Notes: generated from the letters alone by a model not told the origin. Counted from the first letter of the stretch, positions 11,071-23,431 are shown. The stretch: 64,000 bases of DNA from an uncultured Hormoscilla sp. (GCA_963921275.4 OZ001293.3:2656001-2720000), one strand, 5' to 3'. Numbers and translations are program-made.

Positions 11071-11834
11071 CTTGAATCACAATCCACCTTTATCCACCTT
11101 TTTGCTTCCAAACATCCACCTATTTTTGCCCTATAGCACAAACTAGCACGTTTGTCAAGTTCCATTCATCCACCTATTTTCCAGATTTTTGGCGAAAAAA
11201 ATCAACCTTTTTTCTGAATGGGTTTCACCGGTAGTAAATAGCCTGAGTATTATTGCTCAACAAAGATCGGATATGAACCGGTTACCGAAGTAAAATTAAC
11301 CGGCACTCACTCGCATTTTGTAGAGATGTGAAGTATCCAGCCAGCCTATAAGTATGGGTAGAAGCTTATATTGCATCTACGGAAAACCTGGTTCATGAGG
11401 GTGTGGTCAATCATTTGTTGTTAGTCAGACAGCCTCTGAAACCGGGTTTCTGCGATCCATACAAGTACACAAAGCCAGATTTTACGCTTCTTTACCCGGT
11501 TTGGGACCCCCACGGGAGGGCCTAGGTGAACTTTTCTTTCGCCAACTGACCCATGACCACACCCGCCACCCCCCCATTGCGATCGCAGTCACTTTCGAGC
11601 CCATTGATTGAATAGCTTTGTTTTCCCATTCAACTGTTCTTCCAGGGTCAAGAGTTACCACGCCCGCCAACGGGCGCGAAGGTTGGAGAAACTGTTGCGC
11701 AAGAGTTACCACGGCCCGCCAACTCTGAAACCGGGTTTCTGCGACCAAATCAGGCGCACAAAGCCATCTGGTATTAAAAAACCCAGTTTCTGGCCCCCCA
11801 CGCGATTTTTCGGGCCGTCTGCGGACCGATCGCC

Positions 11835-12097
11835 CAGCAGACGCCACCTTTACCAGACACACCAGTACAGGTAGGGGGACGGCATCAATTAATTTAGGGA
11901 AATAACCTGCAACTTATCTACCGCCGTGCCCCGGCATCAATTAATTTAGGGAAATAACCTGCAACTTATCTACCGCCGTGCCCCGGCCCCCAACAGCAGA
12001 CGCCACCTTTACCAGACACACCAGTACAGGTAGGGGCACGGCATCAATTAATTTAGGGAAATAACCTGCAACTTATCTACCGCCGTGCCCCGGCCCC
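11835..12097. repeat. Tandemly amplified REP-like unit (GTAGGGGCACGGCA...GCCGTGCCCC)
   Basis: Three copies of GGCATCAATTAATTTAGGGAAATAACCTGCAACTTATCTACCGCCGTGCCCC, two of the preceding block. Confidence 0.85.
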
Positions 12098-12269
12098 ATG
12101 CCGTCAGAATGGGCCTCTCACACCAGATTAAAATATCTGGATCGAGAGTTCCCCTGGGAGGCGCATCTGGATCTCCGATCCTCCTGACTATCAGATATGG
12201 AGCTTTGCGCAAGAGTTGGGTGCGGTAAAGCGAGGCTATATGCTCATCGAGCAAATATTGGATCGTCAT
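12048..12269 (-). pseudogene. DUF5615 PIN-like toxin, 3'-truncated at the REP cluster
   Basis: YLLDEH, RIGD..AP..GT.DP.IL.W, then reads into the repeat. Confidence 0.75.
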
Positions 12270-12619
12270 ACAGCACCCGCCGACCCAGATAACTCTCGCC
12301 GCCGAATATCTGCTTCTGCTTTCAATTTGCGAAACCTCTGCCGTGCAGGAGAAGGATTATGTTTTTGCTCCTCTTGTTGTTGGCGACAAAACTCTAACCA
12401 GTCAGCCAAGTAAGCGCCGACCTCTTCTTTTTTCTGTAGATAGTAAAGGATGGTTGCGTAGACCTGTTCTAGGGTAATAGTCTCAAATTTTTGGGCAATT
12501 TCTTCCGGAGTTCTAGCGCGATATATATATTCATAGAGGACGCTTTCGATACCAATACGGCTGCCTTTTATCCGGATGTCGTCATCAGCTAGGAAGTTGA
12601 AGTAGTCTTGTATTTGCAT
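12266..12619 (-). CDS. DUF433 antitoxin
   Basis: DIRIKGSRIGIE.VL, PEEIA, LEQVYATILYY. Confidence 0.9.
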   Translation of the reverse strand: MQIQDYFNFLADDDIRIKGSRIGIESVLYEYIYRARTPEEIAQKFETITLEQVYATILYYLQKKEEVGAYLADWLEFCRQQQEEQKHNPSPARQRFRKLKAEADIRRRELSGSAGAV

Positions 12620-12689
12620 TGTACATATACATTATGTTTGTGGTAATAGTGGGAAATAAAATGAATGCTCATTACCTTTACGAACAACT

Positions 12690-13168
12690 CGCTCGAGATA
12701 TGATCGTCCGTTTCTGGGCCCGATCGTTCCCACCAAAACCAGCAAGATGTTGCATCTCACTTTAGTAAAAGCCCGCGCAGGCGGGCTTTGGAACTGTAGC
12801 CGGACCCTTCAGGGTTCGGGCGGCGGCGTCTATATAATCGTACCCAACTTTTCCAGCGGTGTCAAGGTTTCTATAAGATTAATCTCGATACCGGAGTAAT
12901 CTCACACCAGCACTCCCCCCGTTCGGAGTCCAACAGACAGATAATGCTGTAACACCGGTGACAGGACATCAAAGGCGATCGCCTTATTGTGCCTGCGCTA
13001 CCCTTGGTTTTGGGGACGTTTGACATGATACCAATCTCGTTAATCACCCTGTGGACTAAACACTTTCTCTACAAGTTTTTTAGTCGGTACCGACTTTAGC
13101 CTCGTTCCCTGGGGAACGCGGGGGTTTGCAACCCACGGCGGGCCATGAGACTAATTGAGAATGGTGCA
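12690..13168 (-). repeat. Reiterated intergenic module, copy 1, with TTGACA-N17-TACGAT promoter
   Basis: Ordered blocks shared with 14760-15160 and 17533-17815. Confidence 0.8.
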
Positions 13169-14003
<835 letters not shown>

Positions 14004-14019
14004 AAATCTCAGTTCAACT

Positions 14020-14535
14020 CTACTTACCCAATTTCCAATCTTCACCACCCGATAGTTTGCTGACTTCCTCCATAATCACACTACGTATTGTTTTCGCAGA
14101 ATGTTCATAAGTTAAATTTAGCAGTTGAGTCGCACCCCGAAATACTGCCGTCTTATCTACCAGATTTTCGAGTTTAAATGGCGTCAACTGCCCATCCAAA
14201 ACTTCCCCACTCCCTATTGCTATTGCATCAGCAAAAGCCATTTCCAAGTAGTCACCCCATTCATCCTGCTTAATATAGTAAGAAGTTTTATTCTCTTTCA
14301 GATTTAGACTTTGGATCTTCAGGAGAGAATCTCTGATCGAAGCATACCATGAATTATTCATCTTTTTTTCAACTACATTCTTAATTAAATGAACCAGCAT
14401 TTTGACCAGAAAACTCTCGATATTTTGCAAAATAGCTTTCTTACTCATCCCTTCCAGTTCGTCTACTAACATTAATGCCTCATCATATCGACCTGACAGG
14501 ATGCATGTTCTGATGTCTGTGAGTTCTTGAGTCAT
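14020..14535 (-). CDS. DUF29-like family protein
   Basis: LVDELEGMSK.A....IESFL...LVHLIK, SW.ASIR. Confidence 0.7.
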   Translation of the reverse strand: MTQELTDIRTCILSGRYDEALMLVDELEGMSKKAILQNIESFLVKMLVHLIKNVVEKKMNNSWYASIRDSLLKIQSLNLKENKTSYYIKQDEWGDYLEMAFADAIAIGSGEVLDGQLTPFKLENLVDKTAVFRGATQLLNLTYEHSAKTIRSVIMEEVSKLSGGEDWKLGK

Positions 14536-14759
14536 GGCAATCTATCCTTGGCAACCTCTGTCCTTATTCTACTATAGCATTTTCAGATAGATGCGCGCAT
14601 TCACTTTTCCCATCTTGCAACAATGGTCCCGCGCTAATTGAGAATTATTCTAGTTTGTCCGGAATGTAACATTCCGTTCAATTATTACTAATCTTTTTAC
14701 AAATATGAGATACACCCATAGGATCTAAAATCAGATTGATACAGTTCGCGCTCTGTCGA

Positions 14760-15160
14760 GCGACGAGCCGCCCGCTCGTTCCCACCAAAACTAAATCCAG
14801 CAGGGTGTTGAGGGTTTGGTCGGGTCTCTATAATATAATAACCATTTTTTGCAGCGGTGTCAAGGTTTCTATGAGGGTAGAGTCACAAGTAGTGATTTTA
14901 GTGCCTGAAACCCGGCCATGGCCAAATCATTACATCTGGACCACTACCTATATAAGATTAATCTCGATACCCGCACCCATCTCGCCTCCCCGTTCCTGTC
15001 CAACAGAGCCCTGCCCTGGCAGCGGGCTTCTACCGAGTTCCCTAGCTCCCCCGCCTGGTAACGCAGGGGGTTTTAACCCCCTGCGGGCTATGAGACTAAT
15101 TGACAATGGTGCAAGATATCAGATGCTATTATCCCACAAAAATAATCTTACCCACATCGG
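14760..15160 (-). repeat. Reiterated intergenic module, copy 2, with TTGACA-N17-TATTAT promoter
   Basis: CGTTCCCACCAAAAC, CAGCGGTGTCAAGGTTTCTAT, ATAAGATTAATCTCGATACC and CTAATTGACAATGGTGCA blocks. Confidence 0.8.
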
Positions 15161-15863
15161 AAATTCCATTTTCCAAACGGTAATATTTGTTAGCCACCTG
15201 CTGGTAAAACTTAAAGGATATACCAGCGATATTAAAAGCATTACCGTTAGTATCCGTAGCCGAAACGCCAGGATTGCTATAAAAGGTAAATTCAGTAGCA
15301 TCCAAAGGCACCTCAGCCGAAGCCCCAATTGCAAGATCTGTAGTAATGTAAATATCATCTGCTGTAGTAGTAATACCCGCGACAACAGTTAGAATTCGAG
15401 CATGAGTAGCTCCCATAGGGGCTTTAAGATCTTCCCCTCGAAAATTATTTTCCAGAAGATTCTTCAGACCGACCCCAGATTCATCGATCGCGATTTTTCC
15501 AGAAAAAATTGAGTCAAAAGGGCTCGCAGGATTGAAATCAAAACCAGCCAGCAGAAAGACAGCAGCATCCCTGGACAAAAATCGTTGTCCCCTTGCCGAA
15601 GTAGTATCCATTGGAAAAGCCTTTTGCCTAATCAACTTTGTGAGGCGATTATGCTGACCGCGAGGAGCTACCCCTAAAGGAGCAAGGGCTTGGCGTATTA
15701 TCTTTGAAGTCCTAGCGGCCCGACCAAATTCACTATTATTTTCACGAGTGCGCTTAGCAGTTATAGGCCGCGGACCAGGAAGCATCCTAGCTTGACCGTC
15801 ACGGGAAAAAGATATACCGCCAATGTTACCAACAAGTTTAATTGGATTTTTTTGTCGTGCCAT
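15129..15863 (-). CDS. Hypothetical protein resembling the Bacteroidota MARQKG...RTREN.SEFG family
   Basis: N-terminus MARQKNPIKLVGNIGGISF, RTRENNSEFGRA, RGQR, L.GFDFN, AP.GATH. Confidence 0.7.
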   Translation of the reverse strand: MARQKNPIKLVGNIGGISFSRDGQARMLPGPRPITAKRTRENNSEFGRAARTSKIIRQALAPLGVAPRGQHNRLTKLIRQKAFPMDTTSARGQRFLSRDAAVFLLAGFDFNPASPFDSIFSGKIAIDESGVGLKNLLENNFRGEDLKAPMGATHARILTVVAGITTTADDIYITTDLAIGASAEVPLDATEFTFYSNPGVSATDTNGNAFNIAGISFKFYQQVANKYYRLENGISDVGKIIFVG

Positions 15864-15916
15864 TTTACTTCACTTCAATTAAGTAAACAGATAGAATGAA
15901 AACCTCGAAACTCTTA

Positions 15917-16280
15917 CAGAGATACCTTTCTCTCGTTCCCAGGTAAAACCTGGAAACGGACCTCGCTCGGCTCCCCCCTCCTATCAGGAGTGCCTGTTCA
16001 AGTCTACTACCATACAGAGCCTGAAAGCATCGCCCCCTCGACAGAGATACCTTCTCTCGTTCCCAGGTAAAACCTGGAAACGGACCTCGCTCGGCTCCCC
16101 CCTCCTATCAGGAGTGCCTGTTCAAGTCTACTACCATACAGAGCCTGAAAGCATCGCCCCCTCGACAGAGATACCTTTCTCTCGTTCCCAGGTAAAACCT
16201 GGAAACGGACCTCGCTCGGCTCCCCCCTCCTATCAGGAGTGCCCGTTCAAGTCTACTACCATACAGAGCCTGAAAGCATC
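15917..16280. repeat. About 124-bp tandem repeat, three copies, each containing a REP-like palindrome
   Basis: Units start ACAGAGATACC near 15917, 16041 and 16164; nearly identical. Confidence 0.95.
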
Positions 16281-16373
16281 ATTACCGGCTCCCTCGGTCA
16301 AAACAAAGAGGTTCTTGAGAGCGATTGTTTTCAAACAGTTGCAAAACAAAAACGAATCCTCTTGATAACTGCC

Positions 16374-16431
16374 CCCACCCAAATCCCACCCAAATCCCAC
16401 CCAAATCCCACCCAAATTCCACCCAAATCCC
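16374..16431. repeat. 11-bp tandem repeat (CCCACCCAAAT) x5
   Basis: Read directly from the sequence. Confidence 0.95.
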
Positions 16432-16793
16432 CTACATTATCACATATAAGTACATATATAGTCATTACAAGACAAAAATTTCAATTTTGGAATTTTCTTA
16501 AGAACGCTCTCTCAGTGAGTCTATTTTGCAATGTATCTCATAGATGCTAGCGGGCGATCGCGACGATGGGATATTATGAGATCGCCCATACTCCCCTGAC
16601 CCAGAACGCCATAAACAAATTGGAGTATCGAGCGAAATATGTTTAGTAGCCCAAGAATATTTCCAAGCATTAGCAAGCTACACTGGCAGATATCAAATTG
16701 TTGCCGATCCGAAGGTGACGCGGATCTTTCACCCTGACGGAGCAGTCTCCATGCTACAAACAGAACTGTCAATATAAGAGAAGCGGAGGTGCC

Positions 16794-17525
16794 ATGTCGC
16801 TCCCAAAAATTTTACTCTCAAGGATCGCAGAAGCAAAAGCGGCGCTCGCGCAGCATCCTAACTCGGATTTGAATTTAGGTTACCGTCAGGGAATTTGGGC
16901 TGGGTTAAATTATAATATGGATGCTCAGTTGACCCGGGCGGAGATCGGACACAAAAGACGCGCTTTGCTGGCAATTATAGCAGCGGAGCGGGTTATACCT
17001 ATATGGGAAAGAATCTGGTCAATTGATGATACTCCACAATGTATTATAGCTACGGCCCGCCTCTTATTGAATGGATTGTTAGATACAAACATTGCTCGCT
17101 CTTACCGAGATGATAACTGGCAAAAGTTGGAAAGCTTGGCTTGCGCTCCATCATGCCAAGACTGGGAATATCAAAAAGCAGTTAGCGTCGGACTCAGCAG
17201 TATTAGCGCTCTTGGAGCTGTTTTAGATGACGAACAGTTTGATAGCGAGCATATTGACTATACTTTAACTGATGATGAGGTAGATTCTTACTCTAGCGAT
17301 GCATCTTTCTGGGCGGCGATCGCCTACTCGGGATCCCAGAGGAATCCCAGTCACGATGGGCGCAAACAACGCGAGTTTTGGGAATGGTGGCTGGATGAGG
17401 CGGTCAAAAACACTTGGTGGTCTTTTGATGATGATTCATTGCACTTAACGGCGTTTCCTCGCCAAATCCAACTAATTTCTATAGGAGCGGCTCCTCTTCA
17501 GGGAGTAGAGAGTAAAGAATCATAG
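16794..17525 (+). CDS. Putative Imm5-like orphan immunity protein
   Basis: LNLGYR..IW, RRALLAI.AAERV.PIW, REFWEWWL; GGAGG SD; family assignment from memory. Confidence 0.55.
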   Translation: MSLPKILLSRIAEAKAALAQHPNSDLNLGYRQGIWAGLNYNMDAQLTRAEIGHKRRALLAIIAAERVIPIWERIWSIDDTPQCIIATARLLLNGLLDTNIARSYRDDNWQKLESLACAPSCQDWEYQKAVSVGLSSISALGAVLDDEQFDSEHIDYTLTDDEVDSYSSDASFWAAIAYSGSQRNPSHDGRKQREFWEWWLDEAVKNTWWSFDDDSLHLTAFPRQIQLISIGAAPLQGVESKES

Positions 17526-17532
17526 CAGGGCG

Positions 17533-17815
17533 CCAGTGACAGCACATCAAAGGCGATCGCCAACTTGAGCCAGCGCTGCCCTTAGTTTTGGGGACGTTTG
17601 ACAGGATCCGAATTCCGGTAATCACCGAGCCGTACCCGATCGCCCCCTGAACCTAATCGCACTACCCTAGAGACATCTATCGCCCCCCGATAGCCCTGCC
17701 CTGGCAGCGGGCTCCTACCGAGTTCCCTAGCTCCCCCGCAGGGCTATGAAACTAATTGACAATGGTGCAAGATCTCAGATGCTATTATCCCACAAAAATA
17801 ATCTTACCCACATCG
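17533..17815 (-). repeat. Reiterated intergenic module, copy 3, including the last codons of the 15129-15863 gene
   Basis: 17533-17625 matches 12955-13050; 17692-17815 matches 15007-15159. Confidence 0.85.
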
Positions 17816-17846
17816 TAAGTTCCCCAAAACAGCTATTGAGCCAACT

Positions 17847-19353
17847 TCAATTAACCACAGTGAAATCATCGACATTAATCAGGTTCTCATCAATCCGCTG
17901 CAGGGTGGCCAAGGTTTCCCCGGCGAAAGAGTTAATCAAGGTATCTCTGCCCTGAGAGACGATCGCCAAATCGTCGAAACTCAAACCTCCTGCAGCCAGC
18001 CAGATCGAGTCCGTGCCATATTCAAAGTCTATGATGGTATCCCGGCCCCTGCCCGACTCCAGGACAAAAAGATCGGCCTGAGATCCCCCGTAGAGGCGAT
18101 CGCTTCCATCTCCGCCGATGAGAGTGTCGAAGCCACGGTCTTCGTAGAGGCGATCGCTTCCATCTCCGCCGATGAGATAGTCGTTCCCATCTTTTCCGTA
18201 GAGGCGATCGCTTCCCTCTCCGCCAAAGAGGGTGTCGTCCCCCTTTTTCCCAAAGAGCCAGTCTTTCCCTCCTAGACCTAAGAGCTGTTCCCCGTTGGGT
18301 GTCCCTTGGAGGCGATCGTTCCGATTATCCTGACCGACTATTGGTGCGGCGACCTCCAGAACATCCTTGACGTCAATAGTAAAGACCTCCTCGTAACGGT
18401 TCCCAGTAGAGTCGGTAGTTTGGACGCGGATGCTGTAGCTCGATTGGGTCTCAAAGTCCGAGGAACTGTTAATTAGCAGGTTTTCTACTATGATGAAGGC
18501 GGCGTTATCATCGGCACCAACGCCGGAGACTAACTGGTAGGTAAAGGTATCTCCCTCATCGGGGTCGGTAGTGGAAAAAGTCCCTACGACTGCACCCTCA
18601 GGGGAGTTTTCGTCAATGCTGCTGCCAGAGAGGTTGAGGTCGGTAGGAGATTCGGCAACATCGTTCACGTTAATCGTGAAGACCTCCTCGTAACGGTTCC
18701 TAGTAGAGTCAGTAGTTTGGACGCGAATGCTGTAACTCGATTGGGTCCACCTCTACCGCCGTTGCCACCTCTACCGCCGTTGCCGCCGTGGCCGCCGCGG
18801 CCGCCGTCGTCGCCGCGGCCACCTCTACCGCCGTTGCCGCCGCCGTAGCCACCTCTACCGCCGTTGCCGCCGAAGCCGCCGTTGCCGCCGAAGCCGCCGC
18901 TGTTGCCGCGGTAGCCATTATTAGCAGAAATAGGAGTGACGAAATTAGCATTACCACCCGTATCGTGCCCGCTGCTATTGCCACCAATGGCGTGATTATT
19001 CACGAAAGTGCTATCGGTCACCGTGACCGTCCCGTTATAGACAAACAGGCCACCGCCCATGCCTGCCCCGCCGCCGCTGCCATTGCCTCCCCGGGCCCGG
19101 CCGTTGCGAAAGGTCAGGTTATCGAAATTGACCACACTGCTTCTGACAAAGAACAGCCGGTATTGGTTGTTGCCACTAATGGTGTTGTTGTTCCCATATA
19201 TCGTGAGCTGGTCGTCTTCTTCAATAAGGGTAGCAACTTCGTCAGGGTAATATTTCCCGTGATGTTAATGGTATCTGCCTGACGGTTATTCTTGGAATTG
19301 GTAATCGCTTGAGAGAGTTCTGCTTCTGTGTTGACGTAGTTAAATTCAGCCAT
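17847..19353 (-). pseudogene. Fragmented Gly-rich/cadherin/RTX calcium-binding surface protein
   Basis: Three ORFs in shifting frames; GGGAGMGGGLF, cadherin DPD.GD.F.Y.L, GG.G.D.L nonapeptides. Confidence 0.8.
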
Positions 19354-19394
19354 AATATCTCCTAATGATTGGTTCGGGGGAGCCCTTCTAGGGG

Positions 19395-19650
19395 TTGGAT
19401 AGTTTGGACGACCTGATCGTCGGGGCCCCCGGTGCTAGTAACAGTCGCGGACAGTCCTACGTAGTCTTCGGCAAGAACGACAGCAACCGAGTGGACTTAA
19501 ACAGTGTGACTGCGGGTATTGGCGGCTTTGCGATCAACGGCATCCTCAACAATGACCGTTCCGGTACCAGCGTCAGTAATGCTGGAGACGTGAATGGAGA
19601 TGGCTTGCAAGACCTGATTGTCGGGGCCTCGGGTGCGTCCGGCGGGTACT
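19395..19650 (+). pseudogene. FG-GAP repeat fragment
   Basis: DDLIVGAPGA, G.SYVVFG, AGDVNGDG..DLIVGA; no proper start or end. Confidence 0.75.
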
Positions 19651-19674
19651 GTTCCGGAAAAATCGGACCCGGGG

Positions 19675-19879
19675 CGGCCCGACAACAGCTCCCGCAGCCG
19701 CCACCGGAGCCATGCCGTTCGCGCAGCGGCGCGTAGCGCTTCCCGACAGCCGTCCCAGCCACCGCCAATCCCATCCCGCCAACCGCTGCGGAAACTCCCG
19801 CACCAGCCGCAGTACCCACCCCGACGCCGGCAGCAGCTTCAATCATGTCTTTGGTCTTGTTGTTCTTAGAGTCCGTCAT
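19675..19879 (-). pseudogene. Small Gly/Ala-rich (glycine-zipper-like) protein broken by a micro-insertion
   Basis: VGGMGLAVAGTAVG, then GMAPVAAAGAVVG in another frame across a GC-rich insert at 19717-19741. Confidence 0.6.
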
Positions 19880-19893
19880 CGCTCATGTCCTCG

Positions 19894-21051
19894 TCACATC
19901 TTCTTGAGTATACCAATCAGCGCTTCACCCATAGCGCGACAACCCAGCATTTTCATGCCCACCGTTCCGGCGTCTTCCGCCTGCTCTTGTCCTGAAGGAC
20001 TCGGCATGCTCCAGACACCGCCGGAAAAATCAGACATAATATCACCCGTGCGATATCCCCGATCCAAAACTTGCATCACTGCTTGTTCAATTTTATCGGC
20101 GGCTGCCAGTTCGTTTAACCCATATTTTAACATCATCGCCGCACTCAAAGCTTGGGCTAAGGGATTGGCTTTATCTTGTCCCGCGATATCCGGTGCAGAA
20201 CCATGTACCGGTTCAAACACCCCTGGACCCGATGCCCCTAAACTAGCTGATGGTAACATGCCTATACTGCCCGTGAGCATGGCGGCGGCATCGGAGAGGA
20301 TATCGCCAAACAGATTACCCGTCACGATCGTATCAAACTGTTTGGGCGCGCGCACTAACTGCATGGCGGCATTATCTACGTAAAGATGAGACAGTTCTAC
20401 ATCCGGATATTCTGAAGATAAAAGGATAATGCGATCGCGCCAGAGTTGGGAGACTTCCAAGACATTGGCCTTATCCACAGAACATAGCTTACCGCGCCGC
20501 TTGCGAGCAGTTTCAAAGGCTACCCGCCCGATGCGATCGATCTCAGCTTCAGTATAAGCCATAGTATTCACGCCCCGCTGTGCGCCCGTTTCCGTAGCAA
20601 AGACTCCCTTGGGTTTGCCAAAATAAATCCCACCTGTCAATTCCCGCACCACCATAATATCTACCCCTGCCACCACCTCTGGCTTCAAGGTGGAAGCATC
20701 AACCAACTGAGGTAATATCGTCGCGGGGCGGAGATTGGCAAATAAACCCAAACCCGATCGCAGTGCCAGCAGTCCCGTTTCTGGGCGCTGATGGCGGGGA
20801 AGGTTATCCCACTTGTAACCCCCGATCGCCGCCAGTAACACGGCATCACTGTTACGGCACATTTCCAGGGTGTCAGGGGGCAGAGGTTCTCCGGTGGCAT
20901 CGATCGCAGCACCCCCCATCAGGGCTTCGGAGAATTCAAACTGGATATCGCATTGCTTGCCAATGACTTTCAGGACTTCTACTGTCACAGCCATGATTTC
21001 CGGACCAATGCCGTCGCCCGGAAGTAAGGTAATGCGGTATTTTGGGGTCAT
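19894..21051 (-). CDS. leuB: 3-isopropylmalate dehydrogenase with an in-frame palindromic insert near the C-terminus
   Basis: [47 protein letters not shown]. Confidence 0.97.
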   Translation of the reverse strand: MTPKYRITLLPGDGIGPEIMAVTVEVLKVIGKQCDIQFEFSEALMGGAAIDATGEPLPPDTLEMCRNSDAVLLAAIGGYKWDNLPRHQRPETGLLALRSGLGLFANLRPATILPQLVDASTLKPEVVAGVDIMVVRELTGGIYFGKPKGVFATETGAQRGVNTMAYTEAEIDRIGRVAFETARKRRGKLCSVDKANVLEVSQLWRDRIILLSSEYPDVELSHLYVDNAAMQLVRAPKQFDTIVTGNLFGDILSDAAAMLTGSIGMLPSASLGASGPGVFEPVHGSAPDIAGQDKANPLAQALSAAMMLKYGLNELAAADKIEQAVMQVLDRGYRTGDIMSDFSGGVWSMPSPSGQEQAEDAGTVGMKMLGCRAMGEALIGILKKM

Positions 21052-21154
21052 CTTCACTCTTATTGCTTGTCAGCTATTATCATACTCTATAAAATGTACT
21101 GTATGAGCTTTTCGTCCGGAAGCGAAGGTACAGAACTAGCCAGCTGACAAACAA

Positions 21155-21693
21155 ATGGAATATTTAATCTATTTTGATGTCTGTTGTCTAAATCGTCCCT
21201 TCGACGACCAGACACAGGAACGAGTGCATCAGGAAGCTAAAGCCGTGCGACTAATCATAGATCGTTGTCACAGCGGTAACTGGCAGATGCTTGGCAGCGA
21301 AGCCATAGATGCAGAACTCGATCGGACCCCTACTGGGGCAAGAAAACAGCAGATGGAGACCTGGGTTGCTTTGGCCATAGCGACAGTCGCGATCGACGAA
21401 CAAATCTACTCGCGTGCTGCGGAACTTTTTGAACTGGGGTTAAAAAATTACAATGCGGTGTCTGGAGCATGCCGAGTCCTTCAGGACAAGAGCATGCGGA
21501 AGACGCCGCCTTGCACATCGCTTGTGCGGAAGTGGGAAATGCCGACATATTGTTAACGACAGACGATTGCGCTGCGCGCACGCTACGCGATCGGATGTTG
21601 CGTTTGGCGGCTAGGTTAAGCTCTGTGTTACAAGTAAAAGTGGAGAACCCATTGCGGTGGCTAAGAGAGGTAACAAATGATAGACGTGAGTAA
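21155..21693 (+). pseudogene. PIN-domain toxin frameshifted by a 51-nt hairpin insertion
   Basis: IYFDVCCLNRPFDDQ.Q.R..EA; ALHIACAE...LLTTD in another frame after the insert at 21457-21507. Confidence 0.85.
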
Positions 21694-23081
21694 ACTGACT
21701 TTAGAACAGATTATCACACTAGTAATAGACGCTCTTGCTGAAAGTCTCGGTCCTGCGGGGATGGGGCGTTTTATGGAGCAGTTCGAGAAAGGGAGTGGAG
21801 ATTACACTCGCGATCGGGATAAATTTTTAGGCAATAGCACCCTTGAGGAAATTTTTGCCCAGATCCAACAGCGGCGACAACAGCAAACTGAAAATGCCAA
21901 TCGGACACCGTTCCGGAAAAATCTGACCCAATTCAAAAACGCGATCGATGTTCGCCAGCTAACTCTATCCCAGATTAGGGAATTGGGAATAGAAGTGCTG
22001 ACCTTGGCCCTTGGCCGATCGGGCATGGAGCGATTTCTGCAAAAATTAGAAATGGACAATGGTGATTATTACGGATGGGGTCGAGCCGGGAATCGCTTCC
22101 CGACCCTCCCTTGAGGAACCGGAATTGCGATTTTCACCGCATCCGGCTACTGGGTACTAGGCCCTTTTCATAGGTAGACTTAATAGGAATTACTTCCGTT
22201 AGCCCTTGCCGCCTGTCTTTTCTTCCCTTTCCTGGTTTAGCGAGTGGTTGTTCTGATAACCGTTAGTATCACCATTTTCAAGTCAGTTTTACCAGTTATC
22301 CATACCTTATCCTCCACTTGCGTTTCGGATTAGTTCCGTGGCTTTTTAGGATTACTCATTCCAGCAGCTTCCTAGTATCACCGACCCACGTCAGCGCTGG
22401 CTACCCAGCATCATCTACATTACTGTAGATGTTATCCCAGGAATTACCCCGGGCATTCGCTTCTTGGGCCATCCCTCCCCCCGTGGCTTGCGCTTAACAT
22501 CTAACTTGTCCTGATGGACAGCACACGAGAGGTTACTTCGTTCCCTAACAACATTTCGCGATACCTTTAGGTCCACACTATACCCCGGGAGCTATTTGAG
22601 TACTATATTAGCCAGAGTCTAAAACTAATACTAGCTACCATTTCCTTTTTAGGCCAGCGCATATAGCCTTATTTCGCTGGTTCCTTATAACGAGGCTTGC
22701 ACATGTTTGCCTGCTCTAACCTTGGATATCTTTCCTAGCGGCGTCACCGGCTTAGGCTGCCAGTTATCCTACATTTGAGTCCTCGCTTAGCACCACGATG
22801 ATGTCGCTTCGTAGCACCGAGGACCGGTGTCACCCCCGTACCTGGGGGGAGGGGAATTTAACCCCCATGCGGTCAGAGTTCCCGGCTAATAAAACCGGGC
22901 TAGCGTTCCGTGTTTGACCACGTTAGGCTAGAACGAATCGCACAGGCTCAATAAGGATAAATGGCTATCCAATCTTACCTTTGACCATATTCACGATCGC
23001 ATCGCCGCCCTGACAGCTACTACTCCCGCAAATCATTGCAATGAGATCGCAAATGAAGCCCATCAACAATCGCCTTTGTAA
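21677..23081 (+). pseudogene. Two-domain antitoxin-like gene interrupted by an antisense group II intron
   Basis: LG..GM.RF....GDY occurs twice; removing 22073-22943 gives GDYY-RLNKDKWLSNLTF to TAA at 23081, paralleling GDYTRDRDKFLGN. Confidence 0.75.
22073..22943 (-). mobile_element. ORF-less group II intron (family B, copy 1)
   Basis: Minus strand starts GTGCGATTCG; domain V AGCCGGATGCGGTGAAAATCGCAATTCCGGTTC; 871 nt; near-identical to 60231-61101. Confidence 0.92.
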
Positions 23082-23341
23082 ACTTTTGTAAAATTAGGTT
23101 AAAAGATTGTTCGGGAGAGATAGAGAGCATTATAATAGGAAAGAGTTGCGGGAAAATTTTCTGGGTAAGTTCAGTTTCAATTTCCGAAACTTATAAGGCG
23201 GTAGAGAAAAGCTAGGCTAGAATGAAGCAGAACTTAGAACCCTTGATGCTTGGCACGAGAACTGGCAATTTGCACCCGGGGACTCACTAAACAGTTCGAG
23301 CGCTGACGGTAAGCGATATGGACTTGGAAGTGAAAATGGGT
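22969..23341 (+). repeat. Diverged direct repeat of 24757-25141 with a decayed copy of the ABC gene start
   Basis: Continuous alignment from CCAATCTTACCTTTGACC to GACTTGGAAGTG.AAATGGGT. Confidence 0.92.
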
Positions 23342-23431
23342 AATGACATTGCTTTGTTTATGTAGCCGGATCCCTCGTTCCCAGGCAGCGCATCCTCTCC
23401 GCGCTGCCTGGGAACAGGTTCGGGCGGCTTT

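Noticed and set aside
11835..12097. Possible CRISPR array
   Set aside because: Tandem REP duplication without variable spacers
14736..15392. 218-aa plus-strand ORF
   Set aside because: Runs through the repeated intergenic module and antisense to a better-supported gene
15917..16280. Possible CRISPR array
   Set aside because: Whole 124-bp units are near-identical, with no unique spacers and no cas genes
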